Positions 1-9,296 of a stretch of 55,484 nt of DNA are shown here, piece after piece. Positions within the stretch are counted from its first letter, which is position 1. Each line of letters begins with the position of its first letter. The notes under the pieces were generated by a model. That model was given only the letters and a program-made list of their open reading frames with translations. It did no database searches and was not told the DNA's origin. The DNA is from Bacteroidales bacterium (lineage in GTDB: Bacteria > Bacteroidota > Bacteroidia > Bacteroidales > ML635J-15): the NCBI GenBank assembly GCA_031284905.1, contig JAITXI010000120.1, positions 1 to 55,484 on the forward strand, in the 5' to 3' direction. A program made the translations under genes and the position numbers.

Positions 1-89
1 AGCAATGATACGATGACAAAAACGATGTTGATTACTAAAAAACATAAATCTATTGCTATACTATTTGACGATTTTTTTTGGAAATCCGT

Positions 90-1196
90 TTAGGGTGTCC
101 CAGTGGCGAAGTCAGGAAAAGCTTCGGGCGAGCTGGGAATTATTAAATCCGGATATTGTCTTTTTATACGCTCTATATTTATTCGCATATTTTCCAATCC
201 TAATATGTTATAAAAATTATTTTCTATTTCAGGCAAACATTTTTCTATTTCAATACTTAGTTTAAAAGTATAGTTATATATTTGCATTTCTGAAGTTTCT
301 CTTGTAAAATCTGTTATTATAAGAGGACCTGAAGAATAAATATGTTTTACATGATATTTTTTTCTTGCAAAATTATATTTCATAGGATAGGGAATTTCAT
401 AAAAATATATAACTTCTTCAATTTTCAATTTTTTGTTATAAAAAACTCTATAATTATACACATTGAACGATTTTGTACTATCTAAATTTGAACCAATTTT
501 AAAAGCTATTATGCTATCCGGAGTATTTGATATATACTGGCAATTACCTTTAAATTTCTTGTACCAATTATCATTTAATGAATTATTTAGAAATACCCCA
601 CTTATCCCTCTTTGTTTTGAAAAATTGTTATAAATAGAATCATTGGTGCGATAATTATAATAATAGTTATCAACACTACAAATAAAATAATTCAAAAAAG
701 AATTATTAATATTTTTCCCTTTCTCTTGTATTTTAATAATTCCTGAAAATATTTCTTTTTCTCCTGTCTCAATAATTTCGTTACAATAATTTATTTTATA
801 AAATATTGTAGTATCTGTTTTAAATTTTTTATTTTGTTTTCTGGAAAAATCAATTAAATTATTGTACAAATCTATAGGATTTATTTTTTCTTCTATTGTA
901 ATTTCTGATAATAACGTATAATCTGTTTTTCTTTTAATTATACAATTACTACAATCTGAAACATTTATTATAGTATCTTGATATCCAAAATACTTGCAGT
1001 TAATTTCATTAATATTATTTGAAATTTTACACCGTCCAAGTGAATCTGAAATGGAAATCAATATATTATTCTCAAAAACAATGATATTACTAATAGGATT
1101 ATTATTATTGTCTAAAAACGTTATTATTTTAGTGTTCTGTGAAAATATTGGAAAACAGAATATCAAGGCAAAAATAATGCTAATGTTTTTTTTCAT
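90..1196 (-). CDS. secreted hypothetical protein, tandem paralog A (possible CarboxypepD_reg-like N-terminal domain)
   Basis: 368-aa ORF with N-terminal signal-like MKKNISIIFALIFCFPIFSQ. It shares QNTKIITF... after the signal peptide and YPDLIIPSSPEAF near the C-terminus with the adjacent 373-aa ORF. Confidence 0.6.
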   Translation of the reverse strand: MKKNISIIFALIFCFPIFSQNTKIITFLDNNNNPISNIIVFENNILISISDSLGRCKISNNINEINCKYFGYQDTIINVSDCSNCIIKRKTDYTLLSEITIEEKINPIDLYNNLIDFSRKQNKKFKTDTTIFYKINYCNEIIETGEKEIFSGIIKIQEKGKNINNSFLNYFICSVDNYYYNYRTNDSIYNNFSKQRGISGVFLNNSLNDNWYKKFKGNCQYISNTPDSIIAFKIGSNLDSTKSFNVYNYRVFYNKKLKIEEVIYFYEIPYPMKYNFARKKYHVKHIYSSGPLIITDFTRETSEMQIYNYTFKLSIEIEKCLPEIENNFYNILGLENMRINIERIKRQYPDLIIPSSPEAFPDFATGTP

Positions 1197-1210
1197 ATTT
1201 TAGAACTTTG

Positions 1211-2332
1211 TTAAAAATCAAACTTATAAAAAGCTTCGGGCGAACTGGGAATTATTAAATCGGGATATTTTTTCTTAAGACTATTCATTGCATATTTTAG
1301 ACGATTTGACACAATTTCATTAAGTTCAAATTCCAAATTAGGATTAGCTATGTTTTCAATATAAGATTTACGAATAACTTTTTGTTTATATTTGGGAAGA
1401 TAAATTTCTGATTTTTTAAAAGACTTTTTATAAAATATTTGTTTGTTAAATCCATATTCATCTAATAAATAATACATGTTTGTATTTTCAGATATTATAT
1501 TAAGAAAATTAAAATTATTTTTATCATATTCAGAGAATAATTCGACACGTTTCAACTTATTGTTCTCAAAAATATAATAATTCCTTTGTTCTTTAATTTT
1601 AGCATTTCCTTTAGCCGGAATGGTGAGTTTGAAAATTGTTGAATCGTTTTGTTGGTATATATTTTTGACTAGTATATTTTTTTTTGTTACTTCTTTTATC
1701 CGACTTTCGTGAAATCTGTTTTGTACACTATAACGACAAAAAACTGTCATTCCTAAATATAAAGAATCCACTTTGAAGTTATGAAAATCATCTTGTTTGG
1801 CAATATCGTTGTAATAATTATCAATTTTTACTACTATAATGCGATATCCTGTACAACTTTTACAATTATTAGTATAATTAATTTTCATTATACATTCAAA
1901 CAGCTCTTTTCTTCCAGTTTCAGGCATAAATTGTTCATTAAAAAATCTGTAATATATGGTTGTATCTATATCTTCAGCATAACTACCTGATATTTCCAAT
2001 AATTTTTTGAAATGTTTTTTAGCATCATATTTCTCAAGGACATCTACGTCAGGTAATAAATTAATTTTAAAATCAACTTTGCAATTATTACAATTTTTAA
2101 TGTTTATTGTAGTATCAAAAATACTTAAATAATTGCAATTTATTATATTTATAGTGTCCGAAATTTCACACTCTCCTTTAGAATTGGAATTTGTAATAAA
2201 TTGATGATTATTAAATATTTTCACATCTGCTAAAGGTTCTTTTTGATTATAAAATGTTATAATTTTAGTGTTCTGTGAAAATAAAGAAAACTTTAACGTT
2301 ATAAATATTATGAAAAAATATATTTTTTTCAT
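1211..2332 (-). CDS. secreted hypothetical protein, tandem paralog B
   Basis: 373-aa ORF with signal-like MKKIYFFIIFITLKFSLFSQ. It has the same conserved N- and C-terminal blocks as paralog A. A TAAATTTG box lies 19 nt upstream of the ATG. Confidence 0.6.
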   Translation of the reverse strand: MKKIYFFIIFITLKFSLFSQNTKIITFYNQKEPLADVKIFNNHQFITNSNSKGECEISDTINIINCNYLSIFDTTINIKNCNNCKVDFKINLLPDVDVLEKYDAKKHFKKLLEISGSYAEDIDTTIYYRFFNEQFMPETGRKELFECIMKINYTNNCKSCTGYRIIVVKIDNYYNDIAKQDDFHNFKVDSLYLGMTVFCRYSVQNRFHESRIKEVTKKNILVKNIYQQNDSTIFKLTIPAKGNAKIKEQRNYYIFENNKLKRVELFSEYDKNNFNFLNIISENTNMYYLLDEYGFNKQIFYKKSFKKSEIYLPKYKQKVIRKSYIENIANPNLEFELNEIVSNRLKYAMNSLKKKYPDLIIPSSPEAFYKFDF

Positions 2333-2350
2333 AGCTTTTAAATTTTTCTA

Positions 2351-2358
2351 CAAATTTA
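2351..2358 (-). promoter_or_regulatory. Bacteroidota -7 promoter box (TAAATTTG) for paralog B
   Basis: The minus strand reads TAAATTTG, matching TAnnTTTG, 19 nt upstream of the ATG at 2332. Confidence 0.4.
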
Positions 2359-2385
2359 TGTTTTATTTTTTGAATTATAATATAA

Positions 2386-2417
<32 letters not shown>

Positions 2418-2521
2418 TTCTTTTTCTATTAATGAAACAAAAAAATCTCTACAAGCATTGAAATAACAAGAAAATATTACCAAATTTTTTTTTGCCAACA
2501 ACCTGATTTTAATATTTCTAA

Positions 2522-2529
2522 TATCTTTG
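2522..2529 (+). promoter_or_regulatory. -7 promoter box (TATCTTTG) upstream of the candidate ncRNA
   Basis: Matches TAnnTTTG. No plus-strand CDS follows it; the long hairpin begins about 20 nt downstream. Confidence 0.35.
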
Positions 2530-2539
2530 TTCATCTTTT

Positions 2540-2751
2540 ATCTTTTTCAAATTTTTACATGAAAAAAGCAGACTTAATATCCGCCCTGAAGTTCTTGACT
2601 ACCTAAACTCAAACAAGAAAGTCCACATTTTTGCGAACGTTTACTTATTCTTGAGTTTGCTTTGAAATTGTCAAGGTTTCAAGGCAAGAATTGCGTTAAA
2701 CGCTTTTTCCAACATGTATTAAAATGTGCCTTTCAGCACGCTATTTTTTTA
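2540..2751 (+). ncRNA. candidate 6S-like regulatory RNA (long irregular hairpin with central bubble, plus terminator)
   Basis: Closing helix: 2551-2569 pairs with 2702-2725. Central bubble: 13 nt (2570-2582) opposite 16 nt (2686-2701). Inner helices: 2583-2599 with 2670-2685, and 2605-2622 with 2643-2658. Apical loop: 2623-2642. A GTGC...GCAC hairpin (2726-2739) and T-run (2744-2750) follow. No Rfam search was possible. Confidence 0.4.
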
Positions 2752-3231
2752 TTTCATAAGCAAAAATTTTTATAAATGTCAGACTACAAAAATAGTCATT
2801 ATTTTAACTAAAACAAATTTAATTTTCATTTTTTTGAAAATAATTTATTTACCATTGTTACTCAGCAAGTTGTATCTTTTATTTTTAGGTTTTTATCAGT
2901 GAATAGAAATTTTTTTATATTAAGAAACTGTCTAAAAATCATAAAAAAATTAATCTATTGAGCATCAGAGCAATAAATGATAATTGAATTATATACTATA
3001 ATAGCAATTTAGTATCACATAACTTCGCCCTTGATTTTTGCACTATTTGATTATTAATACAATACATACAGATTATGATTAAATTGATTTATAGTGTATA
3101 TATGTCCACTCCATAAAAATATGATTTTTTAATTATCTTGTAATCAATTATTTATATTTTTAGACTTTATTAAAATTTTCCTTTTAGATTAAAATATTTC
3201 ATTTTTATTTTTTTATTTAAAATAATTATCT

Positions 3232-3239
3232 TAATTTTG
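3232..3239 (+). promoter_or_regulatory. -7 promoter box (TAATTTTG) for the riboswitch-led operon
   Basis: TAnnTTTG match located 5 nt before the riboswitch P1 helix. Confidence 0.45.
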
Positions 3240-3243
3240 TATT

Positions 3244-3405
3244 GTTAATAGTTCCGAATTTCGGAATAATAGGGAAGCAAGTGAAAATCTTGCACAGTTC
3301 CCGCTGCTGTAAGCTCTTTAAGTGTTACAAATTTTTTGCCACTGTTTAAAATTTCAAATGGGAAGGCTTTGTAACATTGAGTAAGTCAGAAGACCTGCTA
3401 TTAGC
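3244..3405 (+). promoter_or_regulatory. cobalamin (B12) riboswitch aptamer
   Basis: Conserved blocks were read directly: AATAGGGAAGC, GTGAAAATC, GCACAGTTCCCGCTGCTGTAAG, GCCACTG...GGGAAGGC and AGTCAGAAGACCTGC. P1 pairs 3244-3251 with 3398-3405. A hairpin (ATTGCCAAT 3436-3444 / ATTGGCAAT 3472-3480) follows in the expression platform before the ATG at 3504. Confidence 0.85.
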
Positions 3406-3503
3406 TTGTTAATGTAATTTAAGGCTTTCGGGATAATTGCCAATTATTCTTCTTCCCTTTCCTTTTATTATATTGGCAATAAAAATTGTAATTTTTATAT
3501 ATT

Positions 3504-4700
3504 ATGAAAAAGTTTTTATTGTTTTTATGTTTTTTTACTTCGGTAAATTTAGTGTTTTGTCAGGAAATCGTCGATTTTGAAGAATTAACGTTAGCTCCTG
3601 AAAGTGCTTGGAACGGTAGTGATAATTCCGGAAGTTTCACAAGTAAGTATTTGAAGTTTTACAACGATTTTGATGAAAATTACAGCTCTTGGATGGGCTG
3701 GGCTTATACAAATCAAACTGATAATACAACAAATTCTTATCTTAATCAGTATTCTTCAATTGTTGGGAAAGGGGTTGAAAATTCTCAAAATTATGCAGTT
3801 GCTTATGTAGGTTCAGATTGGATTAATGATAATGCACCAATCCCCTCAATTATTAAAATTGACGATGCCGCTGTTTTGCCGGAAAATTTTGGAATGTTTG
3901 TTTCGTTAAATACGTTCGCCTCTTTGTATATGAATACACCTGCCGATTTTTATGAAAATGGAAATCATTGGCTAAAATTGCAAATAACTGTATTTAACAT
4001 CTCTGCTAAAACTACTCTGTCAAAAGAGATTATTCTTGCAGATTATCGCTTTCAAGAAACTGAAGGCTTTACTTTTAATGAATGGACTTATGTGGATATG
4101 TCGTGGTTAAATCCCGGTGATAGTTTGTTGTTTACAATGTCGTCTTCAGATTTTGGAACTTATGGTATTAATACTCCTACTTATTTTTGTATAGATAATT
4201 TTGGAGATATACAACCTTTATCAATTCCTGGTTTTTCTGCTGAAATAAAAACTTCATATACTATTAATTCCGGCGAAAGTGTTGATTTAACAGCTTATGC
4301 TAAAGGTGGCGTTCAACCTTATTTTTTTACATGGAATGAAATTTACTATAATCAAACTGTCACTGTAAGTCCCGAAGTTACAACTAACTATCAAATAACT
4401 GTTTCCGATGCAGCAGGGAATATGGTTTCTGAAATTGTTACGGTAAACGTAAACCAGCTTTCTGTTACAGAAACTGCATTTAATAATCTGAAAATCAACC
4501 GACAAAATGCTTTATTGTCTATAATAAATGATAAAACTTTGGATAATATTGAAATTTTTGATTTAAACGGAAAACAAATTTTTAGAAGTAATATCAATTC
4601 AAGTACCTATGAACTTCCGATAAATAATTTTTCAAATGGTATGTATATAATAAGATTATTTTCTGAAAATCAAATTATTAACAAAAAAATTATTTTCTAA
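3504..4700 (+). CDS. DUF4465-like surface protein with T9SS C-terminal sorting domain (putative corrinoid-binding accessory protein)
   Basis: 398 aa with a signal peptide. The N-terminal region (VDFEELTL..WNGSD..SWMGWAYTNQTDNTT..NQYSS..NYAVAYV) resembles DUF4465. The last ~70 aa (..IEIFDLNGKQIF..GMYIIRLFSENQIINKKIIF) resemble a Por_Secre_tail. It lies directly downstream of the B12 riboswitch. Confidence 0.7.
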   Translation: MKKFLLFLCFFTSVNLVFCQEIVDFEELTLAPESAWNGSDNSGSFTSKYLKFYNDFDENYSSWMGWAYTNQTDNTTNSYLNQYSSIVGKGVENSQNYAVAYVGSDWINDNAPIPSIIKIDDAAVLPENFGMFVSLNTFASLYMNTPADFYENGNHWLKLQITVFNISAKTTLSKEIILADYRFQETEGFTFNEWTYVDMSWLNPGDSLLFTMSSSDFGTYGINTPTYFCIDNFGDIQPLSIPGFSAEIKTSYTINSGESVDLTAYAKGGVQPYFFTWNEIYYNQTVTVSPEVTTNYQITVSDAAGNMVSEIVTVNVNQLSVTETAFNNLKINRQNALLSIINDKTLDNIEIFDLNGKQIFRSNINSSTYELPINNFSNGMYIIRLFSENQIINKKIIF

Positions 4701-5737
4701 TGCAAAAATTATTCTGTCTGTTTTTTTCGATATTTTTCTTTGAAATTTCTTTTTGTCAAATTTTTTCCGGCGATGGGATAGCAATTCATAAAGATTCTTT
4801 AATAATAAAAAATTGGGCGACAAATGCAGTTGTAAAACGTGGGTTTATTAATATTGCAGATACAACTCAAACCTATACCGAACAAGGAATCACGTCAAAT
4901 AGAGCGTTTTCCGGAAAAATAGAAAATGCGACAGGAAAAGCAGACGGACAATTTATTAGTTTGGGCGATGGTGGAGAAATTATTTTGACGTTTGAAAATC
5001 CTATTATAAATGGTGAAGGTCCTGATTTTGCGATTTTTGAAAATTCTTTATTTTCTCCACCAACACAAACTACTTTTGCATTTTTGGAACTAGCTTTTGT
5101 GGAAGTTAGTAGCGATGGCGAAAATTTTGTCCGAATACCTGCAATTTCTAATTGTCAAAATGAAATACAAATCGCAACTTTTGATGCTGTAGATTATTCA
5201 CTTTTTTATAATTTTGCAGGACTTTATCCCGTTTTCTGGGGTGTTCCTTTCGATTTAGAAGACATCAATTTATTATCTAATTTTGGAAATTTAGATTTTA
5301 ATAATATTACTCATGTGAAAATTATTGATGCTATTGGAACTATAAATCCTGATTTTGCTTCTTACGATTCACAAGGTCATATTGTAAATGACTCTTATCC
5401 AACTCCTTTTGCTACCTGTGGTTTTGATTTAGATGCAGTTGGTGTAATTCATAGCAAAAATTTAGACATTGTTTCTTATGATGAGGATATGATGAAAATT
5501 TTTCCTAATCCGGCTAAAGAATTTATAGAGATAAGATATGATAATATTAACTTTGTTAATGGATTATTCGTTCATAAAATTAAGCTAATAAATTCTTATG
5601 GATTAGAAATTTTTAATCAAAATTTATCTAAATTAGATAATATCATTTCTTTAAAGAATATTAAATCTGGAGTTTATTTTTTGTCAATTGAAACTGATGA
5701 AAAAACAATTATTAAAAAATTAATAATTATTGAATAA
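4700..5737 (+). CDS. hypothetical surface protein with T9SS C-terminal sorting domain
   Basis: 345 aa with a signal peptide. The C-terminus (KIFPNPAKEFIEIRY...GVYFLSIETDEKTIIKKLIIIE) is typical of a T9SS CTD. A TAATG stop/start overlap joins it to the upstream gene. Confidence 0.65.
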   Translation: MQKLFCLFFSIFFFEISFCQIFSGDGIAIHKDSLIIKNWATNAVVKRGFINIADTTQTYTEQGITSNRAFSGKIENATGKADGQFISLGDGGEIILTFENPIINGEGPDFAIFENSLFSPPTQTTFAFLELAFVEVSSDGENFVRIPAISNCQNEIQIATFDAVDYSLFYNFAGLYPVFWGVPFDLEDINLLSNFGNLDFNNITHVKIIDAIGTINPDFASYDSQGHIVNDSYPTPFATCGFDLDAVGVIHSKNLDIVSYDEDMMKIFPNPAKEFIEIRYDNINFVNGLFVHKIKLINSYGLEIFNQNLSKLDNIISLKNIKSGVYFLSIETDEKTIIKKLIIIE

Positions 5738-7688
5738 GAAATTTTTTTTCATATTTACATTTTCAATTTGTTGTTTGATAAGCTATTGTCAACAAGATAC
5801 TTCTGTTATTTTTTTAAATGGAGTTGAAATTTATGAAACTAAAGATTTACATAATATTGGTGTAAAAATCACAAAGATTGATTCACTGTTAATTACACAA
5901 AAATCTTCTGTAACTTTATCGGAATTATTGTTAGAAAATAGTCAGTTATTTGTAAAATCAACAGGTAAAGGTTCTTTTTCAACAGCTTCTTTTCGAGGAA
6001 CTACTGCTTCGCATACAAAAGTTTCGTGGAACAATGTTGAGTTAAATTCTCCAATTTTAGGTTCTGCAGACTTGTCCTTAATTCCAATTTCGCTTTTAGA
6101 TAAAATTGAAATCATTCCGGGAGCCGGTGCTTTAACAGAAAATACTCAAACTCTCGGCGGATTAATCAAATTAAATTCTTTGGCGGACTGGCGAGAAGGT
6201 TGTCGTTTTGTCTTTTCATCTTCTGTCGGTAGTTTTTACTCTTTTGATGACTTTTTCAACTTAAAACTAGGCAATTCAAAATTTCAATCCTCTACAAGTT
6301 TATTTTATGATTATTCTAAAAATAACTTTCCATTCTTTAATTCAACTATTATTAATGGCTCAAAAGAGTATCGCCAAAATGCTGATTATCAAAAGTATGG
6401 TTTTAATCAAGAATTTTATTTTAGAATAAAAGCACTTGGTTTGCTTTCTGTAAAATTTTGGTTTCAAAATCTTGATAGAGGAATTCCCGGACTAACAACA
6501 AATGAAAGTGGTCCAAATAATAATATTAATAGAGATAATTCTAACAATGCTATTTATTCAGCTGAATATGTGTATGCTAGCGAAAATTATTCTTTTCGTT
6601 TAAATAATGGAGGAAATTTTCTTGATAGTCGTTATTTGAGTGATAATTTCATTAACGGAAAAGGTTACTATAAAACAATCGATTCAAAAGGAACTTCTTT
6701 TTCGCTGTTTAATTCTGCCTTAATTAATTATAAATTAAAAAATTATGTGGAACTTACTACAACTTTGTTTTATGATTTTTTTAAAATAAATTCGATGGAA
6801 AATGTTAAAAATCAAGGCTATGATACTATTCGAAATGAAGGTGGAATTACATTTTCTGCATTTTCTTCATTCATTCGTAACTTTAAATTTGGTTTTTTAT
6901 TAAAACAGAGTTTTTACGATAAAAACACTGCTCCATTTGTTTCTTCTGCATTTTTGGAATATCAATTTAATAAATTTTTATTTGCAAAATCATCAATTTC
7001 TAAAAATTATCATATTCCTTCTATAAATGATTTGTATTATAAACCGGGAGGAAATATTAATTTATTGCCGGAAAAAGGTTTTTCTGTAGATGGTGGTTTA
7101 GAATCAAAATTCTCAAAAAATCAGTTTAAATTTTTCTCCGATTTGAATATTAATTATGGAAAAATTAACGATTGGATTATGTGGAAACCTACCGCCATGG
7201 GGTTTTGGTCTCCTATAAATATTGAAAAAGTTGTAACTTATGGATTAGATTATAATTTAAAATTGAATATGATTTTTTCTAAAGTTAATTTTTCAATTTT
7301 TTCAAATTATGCTTTTACGATTAGTGAAAATCGTGCTACGCCATTAACTGCCAATGATAATTCTTTTGGAAAACAAATTCCTTATATACCAAAACATTCG
7401 GCTAATCTTTTCTGTAAAATTACATTTTATGATTTTTGGTTTTCATATCAATGGATTTTTTATAGTAAACGACTTACTACTATAGCTTCTGATATGGATT
7501 ATTTAACTATTATTAATTCCTATTTTATGAATAATCTTTCAGTTGGAAAGTCATTTTACACCCATAATTTTCAATTTGTTATTAGCTTAGATATAAATAA
7601 TCTCTTTAACGAAAATTATTATTCAGTAATTTGGCAACCAATGCCGGGTATAAATTTTTCTTTTCATTTGACTATCAAATATAAATAA
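5730..7688 (+). CDS. TonB-dependent outer-membrane receptor, BtuB-like (context-based)
   Basis: 652 aa with a signal peptide, a plug-like region (SFRGTTASHTKVSWNNVELNSPILGSADLSLIP...IEIIPG) and a long beta-barrel-like Y/F/N-rich body. TTG start overlaps the upstream stop. It sits in the riboswitch operon. Confidence 0.8.
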   Translation: MNKKFFFIFTFSICCLISYCQQDTSVIFLNGVEIYETKDLHNIGVKITKIDSLLITQKSSVTLSELLLENSQLFVKSTGKGSFSTASFRGTTASHTKVSWNNVELNSPILGSADLSLIPISLLDKIEIIPGAGALTENTQTLGGLIKLNSLADWREGCRFVFSSSVGSFYSFDDFFNLKLGNSKFQSSTSLFYDYSKNNFPFFNSTIINGSKEYRQNADYQKYGFNQEFYFRIKALGLLSVKFWFQNLDRGIPGLTTNESGPNNNINRDNSNNAIYSAEYVYASENYSFRLNNGGNFLDSRYLSDNFINGKGYYKTIDSKGTSFSLFNSALINYKLKNYVELTTTLFYDFFKINSMENVKNQGYDTIRNEGGITFSAFSSFIRNFKFGFLLKQSFYDKNTAPFVSSAFLEYQFNKFLFAKSSISKNYHIPSINDLYYKPGGNINLLPEKGFSVDGGLESKFSKNQFKFFSDLNINYGKINDWIMWKPTAMGFWSPINIEKVVTYGLDYNLKLNMIFSKVNFSIFSNYAFTISENRATPLTANDNSFGKQIPYIPKHSANLFCKITFYDFWFSYQWIFYSKRLTTIASDMDYLTIINSYFMNNLSVGKSFYTHNFQFVISLDINNLFNENYYSVIWQPMPGINFSFHLTIKYK

Positions 7689-7690
7689 TT

Positions 7691-8740
7691 ATGAAATTAA
7701 ACAACTATTTTATATTTTTATTGCTATTCTTTGGAAGTTTTTCGTGCATGAAAAACAATAATCCTAACATAGAAGATATATTAATTCCTCAAAATGGAGT
7801 TTTTATTGTTTGTGAAGGTAATTTTAATTATAGTAATGCATCTTTATCATTTTATGAGCCAAATTCTAAATTGATTGAAAATTTAGTTTTTCTAAAAGCA
7901 AATGGAAAACCACTTGGAGACGTTGCACAAAGTATTTCTATTAAAAATAATACGGCATATATCTCAATTAATAATAGTGGAAAAATTTATGCAATTGATA
8001 TTAATGATTTCAAATTGAAAGGTAAAATTACAGAATTATCTTCTCCCAGATACATGGTATTTGTCTCTGATGAAAAGGCTTATGTTTCAGATATGTATAG
8101 TAAATGTATAAATATTGTAAATCCTAATACTTTTACAAAAACTGCTTCAATTGATATTTCTCCAAATAACTCGGAACAATTAATTATTGTAAATGATTTG
8201 CTTTTTACAAATTCTTGGTCTTATGATGATAAAATTTTAGTAATTAACACTAATACGGATAAATTAATTAATACTATTCAAGTATTAGTTCAACCTCGAA
8301 AAATGGTTCTTGATAAAGAAAACAAACTTTGGGTATTATGTGATGGTGGCTTTGAAGGCTCATCTTTTGTTGGAGAAAGAGGAATTATGAGAATAAATAC
8401 AGCAACTTCTACCGTTGAAAAAACCTTTATTATTAATAATAATTTTCCTTTGGTAGATATGCAAATAAATAATTCTAAAGATATTATTTATTTTATAAAC
8501 AAAGATGTTTACCGTTTTTCGATTACAGACAGCTCTTTGCCACAAACTCCATATCTATTTGCAGAAAACAAAAATTTTTATGCATTAGGAATTGACCCGA
8601 CAAATTCCGATTTATATGTTTCCGATGCTTGTGATTACATGCAAAACGGTGTTATTTATCGTTATAATTCAAACAAAGAGCCACTTGATAGCTTTAAAGT
8701 TGGAATTATTCCTAACTCTTTTGTTTTTAAAACAAATTGA
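7691..8740 (+). CDS. YncE/YVTN-like beta-propeller lipoprotein (BtuG-like candidate by context)
   Basis: 349 aa with a lipoprotein-type signal (LLLFFGSFSC). Repeated blade-like segments are present (..AYISINNSGKIYAIDI.., ..AYVSDMYS.., ..LYVSDA..). It is the last gene of the riboswitch operon. Confidence 0.6.
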   Translation: MKLNNYFIFLLLFFGSFSCMKNNNPNIEDILIPQNGVFIVCEGNFNYSNASLSFYEPNSKLIENLVFLKANGKPLGDVAQSISIKNNTAYISINNSGKIYAIDINDFKLKGKITELSSPRYMVFVSDEKAYVSDMYSKCINIVNPNTFTKTASIDISPNNSEQLIIVNDLLFTNSWSYDDKILVINTNTDKLINTIQVLVQPRKMVLDKENKLWVLCDGGFEGSSFVGERGIMRINTATSTVEKTFIINNNFPLVDMQINNSKDIIYFINKDVYRFSITDSSLPQTPYLFAENKNFYALGIDPTNSDLYVSDACDYMQNGVIYRYNSNKEPLDSFKVGIIPNSFVFKTN

Positions 8741-8750
8741 TAATAATAAA

Positions 8751-8786
8751 AAAAGAGGTTACATCAACTTGATATAACCTCTTTTT
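8751..8786. terminator. bidirectional intrinsic terminator hairpin between convergent genes
   Basis: AAAAGAGGTTA...TAACCTCTTTT forms an 8-11 bp stem, flanked by an A-run on one side and a T-run on the other. Confidence 0.6.
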
Positions 8787-8807
8787 CTTATGAATAATTG
8801 TATAAAC

Positions 8808-9281
8808 TTATTTCTTTTTGAGTTTCATTATCATAGTTTTGTTATCTCCTATTGAAGTAATCCAAAATTCTGATTTTGTTAATTTTAATATATGAGATTC
8901 TGCCGGAAGTAACGTTTGAATCATCTCGTTTATTTGGTCTCTTGTTGCTTGCGGTATTATTGCCGGAAAATTTATTGGTTTTAATGTCATTTTCAAATCT
9001 TTTTTGTCGTTAACAAATTCCCAATTGAAATCAACGGTTAGAGTTGTTACTAAAAGATTAATGTCAATATTTCCAGTTCCATTTTTTTCAAAAGTAATTC
9101 CTGTTAAATATGTGTTCATTATAGAAACATCGCTGGATTCTCCTCCATATGATAATTCTTGAAGTAACCAAGTCCCTTTTAAATGGTTTTTTGAAGCATA
9201 ACCACCGTCATCATATTTTGTACATGAAGGCATAACAGCAACTAGGGTTGCAATAATAAATAATATTAAGAACTTTTTCAT
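8808..9281 (-). CDS. small lipoprotein, hypothetical (lipocalin-like size)
   Basis: Start chosen at the internal MKKFLILFIIATLVAVMPSC (lipobox). The TAACTTTG -7 box (9297-9304) lies inside the longer ORF-track start. Confidence 0.6.
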   Translation of the reverse strand: MKKFLILFIIATLVAVMPSCTKYDDGGYASKNHLKGTWLLQELSYGGESSDVSIMNTYLTGITFEKNGTGNIDINLLVTTLTVDFNWEFVNDKKDLKMTLKPINFPAIIPQATRDQINEMIQTLLPAESHILKLTKSEFWITSIGDNKTMIMKLKKK

Positions 9282-9296
9282 ATAAATATCTTTTTG

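Noticed and set aside
53-265. 70-aa plus-strand ORF at the window start.
   Set aside because: It lies antisense to the 3' end of paralog A, whose conserved C-terminal block is shared with paralog B.
2613-2625. GAAAGTCC 8-mer resembling the RNase P RNA CR-I block.
   Set aside because: No other RNase P conserved regions nearby (no GGTAAGAGC or ACAGAA-type blocks). The surrounding sequence instead forms a simple long hairpin.
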